64,000 nt of DNA, from assembly GCA_963789395.1 (NCBI GenBank), contig CAWBKP010000011.1, positions 96,001 to 160,000 on the forward strand, given 5' to 3'. The stretch comes from an uncultured delta proteobacterium. Lineage in GTDB: Bacteria; Desulfobacterota; Desulfobacteria; Desulfobacterales; Desulfatirhabdiaceae. The translations under genes were made by a program, and so were the position numbers. Shown piece after piece: positions 30,226-41,354 of this stretch (the first letter of the stretch is position 1; every line of letters starts with the position of its first letter). Under the pieces are notes generated by a model. The model did no database searches. It saw only the letters and a list, made by a program, of their open reading frames with translations, and was not told the DNA's origin.

Positions 30226-32508
30226 TTGCAATCCGACTCCACCCATCACTCAGGCTTTCACAAACGCCTGCATGCTCTTTTTCTGCAGTATTTTTCCATA
30301 CCCCAGCCTGAAGAGGCAAGCGGATTTCTTTACTGGCGGGAACGGATTCTCCATGGTATGTATCTGGCCGGCATTGTGTTTGGCTCGATTATTATTTTTC
30401 CCACTGTGTCATTTCTGATCCACCGGCGCTATTACCTTCTGGTAGCCATTGATATACTGGCTTTGGCATGGTGCTTTGCGGCACCGCTGATGCGCAGCGC
30501 CCTGCAATTCAAGGTGAGAGCTGTTACAGCGCTGACGATGTTATATCTTATCGGCATCCTCATACTGGTCAGGCTGGGCCCGATTTCCGGGGGGTTTATC
30601 TGGCTGTTTACCTTTGCGGTGGCGGCCGCGGTTCTAATGGGTCTTCGATCCGCTTTTATCGCAATTGCCCTCAACATGGTTTCACTGATGGCCATTTATG
30701 CGGGAATCATTTCCGATGCGGTTCCATGGGCCAGCCTCTTTCAGGGAAACCATACAATCTGGTTAATAACCAGCCTGAATTTCATGCTCATGAACAGCCT
30801 GGTGGCCACCTCCGTTGGCCTGCTCCTGCAGGGCCTGGATCATACGGCACAGGAAGAGCGGGCAGCCAGAATCGATCTCATGCGTCAACAAAATGAACTT
30901 ATCGAAATGAACCGGCAGTTTATTGCTGAAACCGAAGATAGGCGACTGGCGGAACAGGAACTCCGGCGTCAAAAGGCCTATATTGAACAGATTATAGAGA
31001 ACTCCCCGGTCGCCATTTCGGTGATGAATCCAAATGGCGCCATTACCCGCATCAACCGGGAATTCACCCGCCTTTTTGGCTATATGTTTGAGGAAATCGC
31101 CGGCCGCAATATCAGCGAGCTTCTGGCACCGTCGGGTTTTGAAACCGAAGCCAACCATCTGCGAGCCATGGTTGCCGACGGCAAGAGCATCCAGGTTGAA
31201 ACCACCCGCATGTCCAAAACCGGGGAGCTGATCGAAGTGGCCATTGCCGGTTCTCCCATTTTTGTGGACAATGCACTAATTGCGATTCAGGGGGTATATT
31301 CAAATATCTCGGATCGAAAACAGGCGGAAATCGAAAAAGCCAAGCTGGAAGCACAGCTTCTTCATGCACAGAAAATGGAAGCCATCGGAATCCTTGCCGG
31401 CGGCATCGCGCATGATTTCAACAACATTCTTGGCGCCATCATAGGCTTTAGCCAGATGGCATTGATGGATGCCGAAACCGGCATCTCAAAACCCCATGAC
31501 CTGCAACAGATTTTGAAATCCGCCGAGCGGGCCAAGCACCTGGTCAAACAGATTCTGACATTCAGCCGCAGAATAACGCCGGAACTGTCTTCACAGCAAT
31601 TGAATCAGGTGATCCGACAAACTGTCACCCTACTGGAGCGGACCCTGCCCAAAATGGTTTCGATTCAAACGGAACTTTCTCCTGATCTGTCCCCGATCCA
31701 TGCAGACCCCATTCAGCTGGAGCAGGTGCTGATGAATCTGGGAACCAATGCTGCAGACGCCATGCCGGATGGCGGTATTCTGTCGATTCGAACGGAAAAC
31801 GTCTTGATCGAGACAGCCATCAGTGATGCGTTCATAACCATGCCGCCCGGCCGCTACGTGCTGCTGACGGCTGCCGATACCGGGTTCGGAATCGATAAAA
31901 ACAACCTCAAACATATTTTTGATCCGTTTTTTACGACAAAAGGCGTTGGAAAGGGCACGGGCTTGGGGTTGGCCACGGTTTTCGGGATTGTAAAAAGCCA
32001 TAGCGGACATATCCTCTGCCAGAGTGAGCCGGGAAAGGGAACGTCTTTTCTGCTTTATTTTCCAGCATATACCACAGTGCCCATGGCGCCGGTAAAAGCC
32101 GATTCGCCTGCGGAGGTTCAGAGCGGCAAGGAAACCATTCTCCTGGTTGATGACGACCCGTCCATACGGGAATTCGGCCAGGAGCTTCTGGAACGCTACG
32201 GTTACCGGGTTCTGCTGGCTGAAAGCGGAGAAGCTGCGCTTTTGCAGTTCAGGACGCATTCCACGGACATTGACATGACAATACTGGATCTGGGAATGCC
32301 GGGAATGGGCGGATATCGATGTCTAAAGGAACTTTTAAAAATTGATTCGTCCGCCCGTATTCTGATTGCAAGCGGTTACGGTCCGGCCGGCCAGGCCCAG
32401 GACGCTTTGAATTCAGGAGCCAAAGGATTCATCAGCAAACCCTACCGCATCGAGGACATGCTGACGGCAATTCGAAAGATCATTGAACCTGCAGGAGACA
32501 AAAATTGA
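30226..32508 (+). CDS. Membrane hybrid sensor histidine kinase (TM-PAS-HisKA-HATPase-REC)
   Basis: Multiple TM helices; [35 protein letters not shown]...LDLGMP...KPY. Confidence 0.92.
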   Translation: MQSDSTHHSGFHKRLHALFLQYFSIPQPEEASGFLYWRERILHGMYLAGIVFGSIIIFPTVSFLIHRRYYLLVAIDILALAWCFAAPLMRSALQFKVRAVTALTMLYLIGILILVRLGPISGGFIWLFTFAVAAAVLMGLRSAFIAIALNMVSLMAIYAGIISDAVPWASLFQGNHTIWLITSLNFMLMNSLVATSVGLLLQGLDHTAQEERAARIDLMRQQNELIEMNRQFIAETEDRRLAEQELRRQKAYIEQIIENSPVAISVMNPNGAITRINREFTRLFGYMFEEIAGRNISELLAPSGFETEANHLRAMVADGKSIQVETTRMSKTGELIEVAIAGSPIFVDNALIAIQGVYSNISDRKQAEIEKAKLEAQLLHAQKMEAIGILAGGIAHDFNNILGAIIGFSQMALMDAETGISKPHDLQQILKSAERAKHLVKQILTFSRRITPELSSQQLNQVIRQTVTLLERTLPKMVSIQTELSPDLSPIHADPIQLEQVLMNLGTNAADAMPDGGILSIRTENVLIETAISDAFITMPPGRYVLLTAADTGFGIDKNNLKHIFDPFFTTKGVGKGTGLGLATVFGIVKSHSGHILCQSEPGKGTSFLLYFPAYTTVPMAPVKADSPAEVQSGKETILLVDDDPSIREFGQELLERYGYRVLLAESGEAALLQFRTHSTDIDMTILDLGMPGMGGYRCLKELLKIDSSARILIASGYGPAGQAQDALNSGAKGFISKPYRIEDMLTAIRKIIEPAGDKN

Positions 32509-32576
32509 AGCCGCGCAACACTCCCTGCAGCGTCTTAAAAAGGAAATCGTTATGCCACGCATGCGATTAAAACAAA

Positions 32577-33023
32577 ATGGGTGAACATATTCAGCTGCAA
32601 CTGGCGATAAATCCGCCATCGGAGCCAAAAAAATACTTCTGGTGCAAGAAACGCGAAATGAACCGTGTGTTCGCCACCTGTGTCAGGTGCAAGCACTATC
32701 CCTGCGATTATTGCACACCCAGCAGGATTCGGGAACTGGCAAATACAGACTATGTAGTCATAAAAAATGTAACACTTATAAGCATAAGGAGAAAATTCGT
32801 GCTGGTAAAAATGAAAGACGGCTCTTACAAAGAATTGGATATAGATGTTAAATCTCCGAACCCGGAACTGCTCAAAGATGTTGAAGAGGTATATGTGATC
32901 TCAAAGGTGCTGATCCCGGTGCTGACCCTGCGGGCAAAAAACGAGAGCGACAGCATCGAAACGATCCGTGACCCGGCGCCTGCGGAGACTAAAAGCCGGC
33001 AGAAAAAAGAAACACCGAATTAA
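32577..33023 (+). CDS. Hypothetical protein with Cys-rich N-terminus; possible internal GTG start at 32799
   Basis: 148-aa ORF; WC..., CVRC, PCDYC; AAGGAG 7 nt before in-frame GTG 32799. Confidence 0.55.
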   Translation: MGEHIQLQLAINPPSEPKKYFWCKKREMNRVFATCVRCKHYPCDYCTPSRIRELANTDYVVIKNVTLISIRRKFVLVKMKDGSYKELDIDVKSPNPELLKDVEEVYVISKVLIPVLTLRAKNESDSIETIRDPAPAETKSRQKKETPN

Positions 33024-33463
33024 GCAAATACAGATGCCTGCTCTCGATGGTTGTTGCCGGATGCACTGCATCCTCATGGCTGCATGACGCAGCAGTTTTC
33101 CGGACAATGGTTTATTCAAACAGTATTTATGCTGAATGCTTCATCTTTTTCTTGACAATAGCCTTCAGTACAAATATCTATAACCGTTACGTTATTATTA
33201 ACAGAGCCTTAACTAAAATATTTATTTCGTGCCTGATCGGAAATCTCGTTATTTTATTAAGTTGAAACAATATTCAAAATCGCAATACTCGAAATTGAGG
33301 GTTTTCATACGGATTATTTTGGTCATTTTGAATTATATGTTTCGGATTTCTTTGGATTCTACTGAACAGTGTAACCCTTTGTTATGATTTGCCTGGATTG
33401 CGCCCCGAACCGGGGCGTTGATGATGCGGCGTTTCTAGAAAAAGCCAAAAGGTTCTTCACCAT

Positions 33464-35657
33464 ATGCCAATCCATACTGCTCTGGCAGATCAGCTATCCA
33501 ATTTTAAACACATCCCGACGCTTCCTCACATCCTGCTTCAGCTGATCAAAACCTGCAATGAGGAAAATGGCGGCCTTAAAGATATTTCCAAGGTTATTGA
33601 AAAAGACCCGGCCCTGACCACCCGCGTCCTGAGGCTGGTGAACTCCGCCTATTACGCAAACAAGCAACGTATTTCAAATATTCATAATGCAGTCGGGTTT
33701 CTCGGAACCAACGCCATCAAAAACATCGCCATCTGCAGTTCCGTTCACGAAGTCTTTCAAACCGTCAACTCCAAAATCGGGCTTTAATTTAAAACAGTTC
33801 TGGTGGCACTCGTTACGGTGCGCGGTTCTGGCAAAACAGATCGCAAGAAACCGGAATTTCAATAATCCGGATGAAGCGTTCCTTGCCGGTTTGCTTCATG
33901 ACATCGGCAAAATCATTTTATGGGTCAATTTTCCGCAGCCTTATTCAGAGCTGCTGGAAACACACAAGGGTAGACCCGAATTGATTCTGGCCGGAGAAGC
34001 CCAGTTTGGTGCCACCCATGCGGAAATCGGGGCGTGCCTCCTGGACAAATGGAATTTTCAATCCTTTATTGCTGACTCCGTCCGTTACCACCACTATTCT
34101 CAGAGCCGAATTCTGGACGCGCTGCCTTTGGTGAAATTTATTTATGTGGCCAATGCCCTGTGCAAAAATTCCGGCCGGAATATCAACGAAGGGCTAGGGG
34201 CGGCCCAGGAAATTTTTGGATTCACCCCGGCGGTGGTTGAGGAATTATTGTCCGGGGCCGATGTGGAACTGAAAGCCATAGCTGATTCCCTGAACATCGG
34301 GATCGAACCCTGCAACTCCCAGGAGCCCGTCTGTTCGGAAAATGACCGCGAGAATCAAATCAACCTGATTAAAGAAGTCAGGGACCGGTCGCTACTCCTG
34401 GGCACGGTGGAAAACCTGCTGGCTGCAACCGACGAAACGCAGATATGGAAAGAATCTTTCCAGGGGCTTCAAAACCTCTTTGATATCTCCCTGGTTTTAT
34501 TTTTTATCTTTGACCCTGAAAAAAAAGGCCTTCGCGGGGTGACGCCTTCGGACGACAGTAAATTTTCAATGATCAAGGACTTGATTATTCCTATGCAGAT
34601 GGAAAAAAGTCTCTTGATCGAATGCCTGCAAACACGTGCAATTGCCGACTCCTTCACCCGATCCGCCAACGTTGTCCCCGCCATCATCGATGAGCAGATC
34701 ATTCGCCTTCTGGGAAAGGAAGGATTGCTGTGTATCCCCATGATCGCCTATGGTGAAAAAGTCGGCGCAATCGTTCTGGGTATTGACAGCCGGGAATTTT
34801 CACTGCTTACGGCACAGCGCAAGTCACTCAAGATGCTGGTGGATCAAACCGCCGTTGCCATTCGCGTTCATCATTCCAGGAGATCTCAACTTAAAGAGAT
34901 TCAAACGGAACGCCTTGGCGCATCATCCTCCATGGCACGAAGGGTTATTCACGAAGTGAACAACCCACTGGGTATCATCAAGAACTACCTGAGAATTTTA
35001 GGAATGAAACTTGCTGCCGCAGACATGGCACAGGAGGAAATCAAGATTCTCAATGAAGAAATTGATCGCGTCGCCCAGATCCTTCGCAATCTGAACGGCG
35101 ATTCCGAAGACTGGGTCCGCAAACTCGAAGCCGTTGATGTAAATGCCGTGATCTCGGACATACTAAAAATCACCCGGGAATCGCTGCTCAATCATTTCAG
35201 TGTCCAACTTCATTTTGACCCCGATACTACACTCCCCACGGTCATGGCCGATAAAAACAGCCTGAAACAGGTATTCATCAACCTGATGAAGAACGCCTTT
35301 GAAGCCATGCCGGACGGCGGCAATCTGCATATTCGCACCCGCCACGTCTCCAGCCAACTTGCCGGGGGACATTCTGACTGCAACTTCGAATACCCGGGAT
35401 ATGTGGAAATCACCATCAGTGATGACGGACCGGGAATCCCCGCCGAAATCAAGACCCGCTTGTTTGAACCCTATGCCAGTACCAAACGGGGCAATCACTC
35501 CGGACTGGGGCTTTCCATTGTTCATACCATCATTCAGACATTAAAAGGCACGATCAGTTGCGAGAGTGATCCGGGCGACGGCACGACATTCAGGATCTGC
35601 CTGCCCACCGCCTATACGGATAAGGCTTTGCTGAGGAGGGAGACGAATGAGTTGTAG
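33464..35657 (+). CDS. HDOD-GAF-like-histidine kinase, apparent frameshift near 33780
   Basis: IPTLP, DPALTTRVLRLVNSAYY, FWWHS, AGLLHDIGK, THAEIGA; HEVNNPL, QVFINLMKNA, DDGPGI, GLGLSIV. Confidence 0.88.
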
Positions 35658-37686
35658 CCCGAAAATCTTAATCGCCGATGATGAGCCCAGGTTCTGCGAG
35701 AGCTTGAGCTTTCTGTTGATCGGTCAGGGATATGATATCCACACAACCACCTCGGGAAAAGAGGCTCAGCATTTACTTTCGACCCTTCAGTTTGAACTGG
35801 CGCTTCTGGATCTTGCAATCCCTGAAGTCGACGGTATGCAACTGATGGACCATATCAACAGCCAGTGCCCGGATACATCCGTGATTGTTGTCACCGGAAA
35901 CGGCAGCCTGGACGCCGCTGTGAGCGCACTGCGGAAAGGGGCCTACGATTTTCTCCGAAAGCCTTTTGAATACGAGGAATTGCTCACAACCATCAAGAAC
36001 GCGCTGAACCAGAAAAAACTCAAAAAAGAAAAATCGGTCATCAACGAGAAGCTGGAAGTTTCTGAAGACCGCTATCAGTATCTTGTCCAGAATTCTCCGG
36101 ATATCATCTATACCCTGGACAGTGACAGCAACTTCACTTTTGTCAGCAACTCCGTTGAACGCATTCTGGGCATTGAAAACAGCCAGCTTATCGGAAAGCA
36201 CTACACCTATCTGATTCATGAAGACGACCTGGAAAAGGCCAAATGGACTTTCAACGAAAGACGAACCGGAGACAGGGCGACTTCCTGGATCGAATTGCGG
36301 CTGAAATCTTTCAAGGGCGATGAGCAGGCAGTGACCTGCGATGTGAAACACGTCACCGTCGAATTGAAATGCATCGGCATGTATGCCAGGCAGCCATCCG
36401 GAAAGGCATTGTCTTATCTCGGCACACATGGTGTGGCCAGGGATATCAGCGACAGGAAACGTCTTGAAAAGCAGCTTCAGCAGGCCAACAAGATGAAGGC
36501 CATCGGCACGCTGGCAGGCGGCATCGCTCATGATTTCAACAATCTGCTGATGGTGATTCGCGGACACATCTCGCTGATGCTCATGAAAAACGACGTTTCG
36601 CACCCCAATCAAGAGCGGCTGAGAAAAATCGAGGACAGCATTCAGAGCGCGGCAACCCTCACCAGCCAGCTTCTGGGTTTTGCAAGGGGGGGGAAATATC
36701 AGGTTAAACCCGTCAATCTAAATGCACTGCTCAGGGAATCCTCGGAGATGTTTGTCCGCACGAAAAAAGAAATCGTAACACGCGAGCAGTATGAAAAAAA
36801 CATATGGACCGTGGATGCAGACAAAGGCCAGATCGAACAGGTATTTCTGAACCTTTATGTGAACGCCTCCCAGGCCATGCGTTCGGGAGGAGAGCTTTTT
36901 CTGGCAACCGAGAATATCTACCTCGACATCTGCTCGGATAGGCCATTTAACCTGGCACCCGGCAGATATGTTAAAATCACGGTAGCGGACAACGGCACCG
37001 GAATGGATGAAAAAACCAAGCAACGCATTTTCGAGCCGTTTTTTACCACCAAGGAAATGGGCAGAGGCACGGGACTCGGGCTTGCTTCGGCCTATGGCAT
37101 CATCAAGAACCACAAAGGCATGATTGATGTGGAAAGCCAGCTCGGCGTGGGAACGACGTTCTGCATTTATCTGCCGGCTTCCGAACAGGATGTGGAAAAA
37201 GACGATAGTCCGTATGAAGTCATATTGAAAGGGTCCGAAACCGTTCTGCTGGTTGATGATGAAGACAAGATCCTGGATGTGGGAAGGGGAATGCTGTCCG
37301 CCCTGGGGTACAATGTTCTGGCCGCCGGAAACGGCAAGCAGGCAATCGCCTTATATGAAGCCAACCGGAACAAGATAGACGTTGTTATTCTTGACATGAT
37401 CATGCCGGGGATGGGCGGGGGGGAAACCTATGACGCCCTTAAAAAAATCAATCCGGACGTAAAAGTGCTGCTATGCAGCGGCTACAGCGAGGGCGGGCAG
37501 GCGGCGGAAATTTTGCTGCGCGGCTGCACAAGTTTTATTCAAAAACCATTCAATATCAATGGATTATCCCAGAAAATAAGAGAAATCATCGATCTGCCGA
37601 TGCTTCCTTTAGTGAATTCCGAGCACGCCGCGTCACCCGGTTGTATCCATTCCTTGAAGCGACAACCGTTCCACGGCCGTCATTAA
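35647..37686 (+). CDS. Cytoplasmic hybrid kinase REC-PAS-HisKA-HATPase-REC
   Basis: ILIADDE...LLDL...[36 protein letters not shown]...LDMIMP. Confidence 0.92.
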   Translation: MSCSPKILIADDEPRFCESLSFLLIGQGYDIHTTTSGKEAQHLLSTLQFELALLDLAIPEVDGMQLMDHINSQCPDTSVIVVTGNGSLDAAVSALRKGAYDFLRKPFEYEELLTTIKNALNQKKLKKEKSVINEKLEVSEDRYQYLVQNSPDIIYTLDSDSNFTFVSNSVERILGIENSQLIGKHYTYLIHEDDLEKAKWTFNERRTGDRATSWIELRLKSFKGDEQAVTCDVKHVTVELKCIGMYARQPSGKALSYLGTHGVARDISDRKRLEKQLQQANKMKAIGTLAGGIAHDFNNLLMVIRGHISLMLMKNDVSHPNQERLRKIEDSIQSAATLTSQLLGFARGGKYQVKPVNLNALLRESSEMFVRTKKEIVTREQYEKNIWTVDADKGQIEQVFLNLYVNASQAMRSGGELFLATENIYLDICSDRPFNLAPGRYVKITVADNGTGMDEKTKQRIFEPFFTTKEMGRGTGLGLASAYGIIKNHKGMIDVESQLGVGTTFCIYLPASEQDVEKDDSPYEVILKGSETVLLVDDEDKILDVGRGMLSALGYNVLAAGNGKQAIALYEANRNKIDVVILDMIMPGMGGGETYDALKKINPDVKVLLCSGYSEGGQAAEILLRGCTSFIQKPFNINGLSQKIREIIDLPMLPLVNSEHAASPGCIHSLKRQPFHGRH

Positions 37687-38287
37687 CGGGGCTGAAGGCG
37701 GCATCACATAAATTTCCTGCACCGGATGCTTTCCGTGAATCCCGGAGTAAAAAGATCTGATCTGCTGCATGTCCGCATGGATAATCGCCGGAAGGTTGAT
37801 ACACCGGGCCGATACCGCCGACTTTTGTCCGATAATTCAAAAATCCAAGCACCACCGGAACATTTGCGCCCAGGGCGATATAATAAAAACCCGTTTTCCA
37901 TTTCATGACATTGCTGCGTGTCCCGGCAGGCGGGATGGTGACAACCAGATTCTCATCAGCAGAAAATCGTTGAATCATCTGAGCGACCATGTTGTTGGAT
38001 TTAGACCGGTCAACGGGAATGCCGCCCAGCCATTTGAACATCCCGCGAAACGGCCAGCGGAACAGACTGTCTTTTCCCATCCAGTAAATTTTACCTTTCA
38101 GCGCAAAAGTCAGACACAATGTAATGGGAAAATCCCAATTGGACGTGTGGGGGGCTGCAATCAGAACATATTTGGCAATGGGCGGAAACCGGCCTTCAAT
38201 ACGCCATCCCCTCATTCTAAAGACAAACAGGGAAATCCATCGCATCAGCGTTCGGATGACCGGCGTATCGAATATGGTATAATGCAT
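37586..38287 (-). CDS. PlsC-family lysophospholipid acyltransferase, C-terminus affected by an apparent frameshift near 37780
   Basis: APHTSNWD (HxxxxD), GGIPVDRS, PPAGTRS, WKTGFYYIA. Confidence 0.88.
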   Translation of the reverse strand: MHYTIFDTPVIRTLMRWISLFVFRMRGWRIEGRFPPIAKYVLIAAPHTSNWDFPITLCLTFALKGKIYWMGKDSLFRWPFRGMFKWLGGIPVDRSKSNNMVAQMIQRFSADENLVVTIPPAGTRSNVMKWKTGFYYIALGANVPVVLGFLNYRTKVGGIGPVYQPSGDYPCGHAADQIFLLRDSRKASGAGNLCDAAFSPVNDGRGTVVASRNGYNRVTRRARNSLKEASADR

Positions 38288-38426
38288 GAAAGCGTGCTCC
38301 TTGCGTCGTGGCAGTTAAGTCATCAACTGACGACGGACTGTTTTTCCAAGCCCATGTTCAATTGAGTCGAAAATGATATGTTATTGTGTAACAATGCGAA
38401 GGAAAAACATAGCAGTATCTACGGCA

Positions 38427-41264
38427 TTACATTTGTTTTACAAAGGATGGGAACAAGTGAGGGGTTAAATACTGCCCGGTGTAAGAGCCGGGAATCTGAG
38501 TCAGCGCTTCCGGCGTTCCGAAACCGACCACCTGCCCGCCACCATCCCCGCCTTCAGGACCCAGATCGATCAGGTAATCTGCGGATTTGATCACATCCAG
38601 CTGATGCTCGATGACCAGCACGGTGTTTCCGGCATCTACCAACCGGTTCAGGATATTCAGAAGATTCTGTATATCCGCGACATGAAGGCCCGTTGTGGGC
38701 TCATCCAGAATATACAGGGTTTTGCCTGTCCCTCTTTTGGAAAGCTCGCTGCTCAGCTTGACCCGCTGGGCCTCGCCGCCGGACAATGTGGTTGCGGCCT
38801 GTCCCAGGCGGATATACTCGAGTCCGACATCGGATAAGGTCTGAAGCCGGGAGTGAACAGCCGGAATTTTTTCAAAAAACCGCAACGACTGATGGACCGT
38901 CATGTCCAGAACTTCGGCAATGTGTTTTCCCCGGTAGCGGATTTCCAGAGTTTCCCGGTTGTAGCGCTTTCCCCGGCACACGTCACAGGTGACATAGACA
39001 TCCGGCAGGAAATGCATTTCGATCTTGATGAGCCCATCCCCGCTGCAGGCCTCGCAGCGCCCGCCCTTGACATTGAAACTGAAACGGCCGGCTTTAAATC
39101 CCCTGAGCCGGGCATCCTGAGTTCTTGAAAACAGATCGCGGATATGCGTAAATATTCCGGTATAGGTAGCAGGATTGGAGCGGGGCGTCCGTCCGATGGG
39201 CGATTGATCGATATTGACCACCTTGTCGATCGCCTCCAGGCCTTCCAGCCGGCTGTAAGGACCGGCCGAAGTCCGGGAATGGTACAATCGCTGAACCAGG
39301 GCACCGTAAAGGGTCTCCAGCACCAGCGTGGACTTTCCGGACCCCGACACCCCGGTAATGCAGACCAAACATCCCAGGGGAATCTCGGCGCGGATGTGTT
39401 TGAGATTGTTCCCGGAGGCACCCTCTATTACAATCCGGCTGCCGTTCCCCGGTCTGCGCCTTAAAGGAACCTCGATTCTCTTTTGACCCGAAAGATACTG
39501 TCCGGTAAGGGACCGGCCGTCCTGAACCAAATTCTGCGGCGTTCCTGAAAACATGACTTCTCCACCGAGAATGCCGGCCCCCGGCCCCATGTCTACGACA
39601 TGATCGGCTGCCCGGATGGTCTCTTCATCGTGTTCAACCACCAGTACGGTGTTTCCCAGATCCCGCATCTGATTCAGGGCGGACAGAAGCCGCTGATTGT
39701 CCCGCTGGTGAAGTCCGACACTGGGTTCATCCAGAACATAAAGGACCCCGGTCAGTTTCGAGCCGATCTGAGTGGCCAGGCGAATGCGCTGGCTTTCACC
39801 ACCGGAAAGGGTGTTGGCGGAACGGTCCAGCGTGAGATACGAAAGCCCGACATGGTTCAAAAAGCCCAGACGTTCGACCACTTCCTTAAGGATGCGCTCG
39901 GAAATCACCTGCCGAGGTCCCGAAAGCGCCATTTCCTTGAAATATCCCAGTGCGGCGCCGACCGAAAGCGCCGCCAGATCGCTCAGGTTCCGGCCCTGAA
40001 TCCGAACCGAGAGGGCTGCCGCATTCAGTCTTGCCCCCCGGCATTCCGAACAGGGCCGGTAACTCATATACTGCTGAATTTCCTCTCTTGCGGCCGAGGA
40101 GTCCGTCTCCTTGTATCGGCGCTCCAGCTTGGGGATGATACCTTCAAAAGGACGGGCATAAAAAATACGGCGATCGTTACGCTCGATATAAAATTGAATG
40201 GGTATGTCCTTGGAACCATGAAGCAGGGCATGCTTGAACGGCTCGGGAAACAGCTTGTAAGGGGTATAGATATCCGTCCCGTAAGCGGCTGTCAGAGCCT
40301 CCAGAAACTCGATGAAATGCAGGGAATCACGTTTTGCCCAGAGCACGACCGCCCCTTCCCTCAGGGACAGTTCCGGATTGGGGATGACGAGATCCGGATC
40401 CACGGCGGTTGTCGCGCCAAGGCCGTTGCACCGGGGACAGGCCCCATGCGGGGAATTAAAGGAAAAGCTGGCAGGTGAAAACGGCGGATAACTGATCCCG
40501 CAGGTGACACAGATCGCTTTTTCGCTAAAGAGAATGGGCTCCCGGCCTGCGATGTCTATCGTTGCCTGTCCACCGGACAGGGACAGGGCCAGCTCGAGAG
40601 AGTCGGACAGACGGTTCTCAAGCCCCTGCTTGACGATCAGGCGATCCACCACCACATCAATCGTGTGTCTGGTCTTTTCAGTCAGGGTGCCGATATCCTG
40701 GATATCCTGTAGCACGCCGTCCACACGAACTTTCGAAAACCCCTGACGAACAAGCTGCTTGAACAGCTTGTCATGACCGCCGGTCTCACCCGACACAAGC
40801 GGAGACAGAAGCACGATGCGCGTGCCCGGATCAAGGGACATCAACCGGTCCACCATCTGATCCAGGCTCTGGCTGACAATCGGTTTTCCGCACCGATGGC
40901 AGTAAGGGATGCCGACTCTGGCAAACAGCAGCCTCAGGTAGTCATATATTTCCGTTACCGTTCCAACGGTTGACCGGGGATTATGGCTTGCGGTTTTCTG
41001 CTCAATGGCAATGGCCGGAGAGAGCCCCTCGATAAAATCCACATCCGGTTTTTCCATGCGCTCCAGAAACTGGCGCGCATATGTAGACAGGGATTCCACA
41101 TATCGGCGCTGGCCTTCGGCGTACAAAGTATCAAAGGCCAGAGAGGATTTCCCGGACCCCGACAGTCCGGTGATAACGACCAGCCGGTTTCTGGGAATAT
41201 CCACATCGATATTTTTCAGGTTGTGCTGCCTGGCGCCGCGCACAGCGATGCAATCCGATGTCAT
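38427..41264 (-). CDS. uvrA: Excinuclease ABC subunit A
   Basis: [43 protein letters not shown], Zn fingers, [11 protein letters not shown]. Confidence 0.97.
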   Translation of the reverse strand: MTSDCIAVRGARQHNLKNIDVDIPRNRLVVITGLSGSGKSSLAFDTLYAEGQRRYVESLSTYARQFLERMEKPDVDFIEGLSPAIAIEQKTASHNPRSTVGTVTEIYDYLRLLFARVGIPYCHRCGKPIVSQSLDQMVDRLMSLDPGTRIVLLSPLVSGETGGHDKLFKQLVRQGFSKVRVDGVLQDIQDIGTLTEKTRHTIDVVVDRLIVKQGLENRLSDSLELALSLSGGQATIDIAGREPILFSEKAICVTCGISYPPFSPASFSFNSPHGACPRCNGLGATTAVDPDLVIPNPELSLREGAVVLWAKRDSLHFIEFLEALTAAYGTDIYTPYKLFPEPFKHALLHGSKDIPIQFYIERNDRRIFYARPFEGIIPKLERRYKETDSSAAREEIQQYMSYRPCSECRGARLNAAALSVRIQGRNLSDLAALSVGAALGYFKEMALSGPRQVISERILKEVVERLGFLNHVGLSYLTLDRSANTLSGGESQRIRLATQIGSKLTGVLYVLDEPSVGLHQRDNQRLLSALNQMRDLGNTVLVVEHDEETIRAADHVVDMGPGAGILGGEVMFSGTPQNLVQDGRSLTGQYLSGQKRIEVPLRRRPGNGSRIVIEGASGNNLKHIRAEIPLGCLVCITGVSGSGKSTLVLETLYGALVQRLYHSRTSAGPYSRLEGLEAIDKVVNIDQSPIGRTPRSNPATYTGIFTHIRDLFSRTQDARLRGFKAGRFSFNVKGGRCEACSGDGLIKIEMHFLPDVYVTCDVCRGKRYNRETLEIRYRGKHIAEVLDMTVHQSLRFFEKIPAVHSRLQTLSDVGLEYIRLGQAATTLSGGEAQRVKLSSELSKRGTGKTLYILDEPTTGLHVADIQNLLNILNRLVDAGNTVLVIEHQLDVIKSADYLIDLGPEGGDGGGQVVGFGTPEALTQIPGSYTGQYLTPHLFPSFVKQM

Positions 41265-41291
41265 CGGCAATTCCCCAATCATATAAACACA

Positions 41292-41324
41292 AGACCCCGG
41301 AAGGGGTAATCCCATCGGGGCCTT
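41292..41324 (-). terminator. Possible terminator hairpin downstream of alaS
   Basis: On the minus strand AAGGCCCCG...CGGGGTCTT followed by GTGTTT; large loop. Confidence 0.4.
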
Positions 41325-41354
41325 GGATAAAAGACGAAACAGATCTGACAGGAC

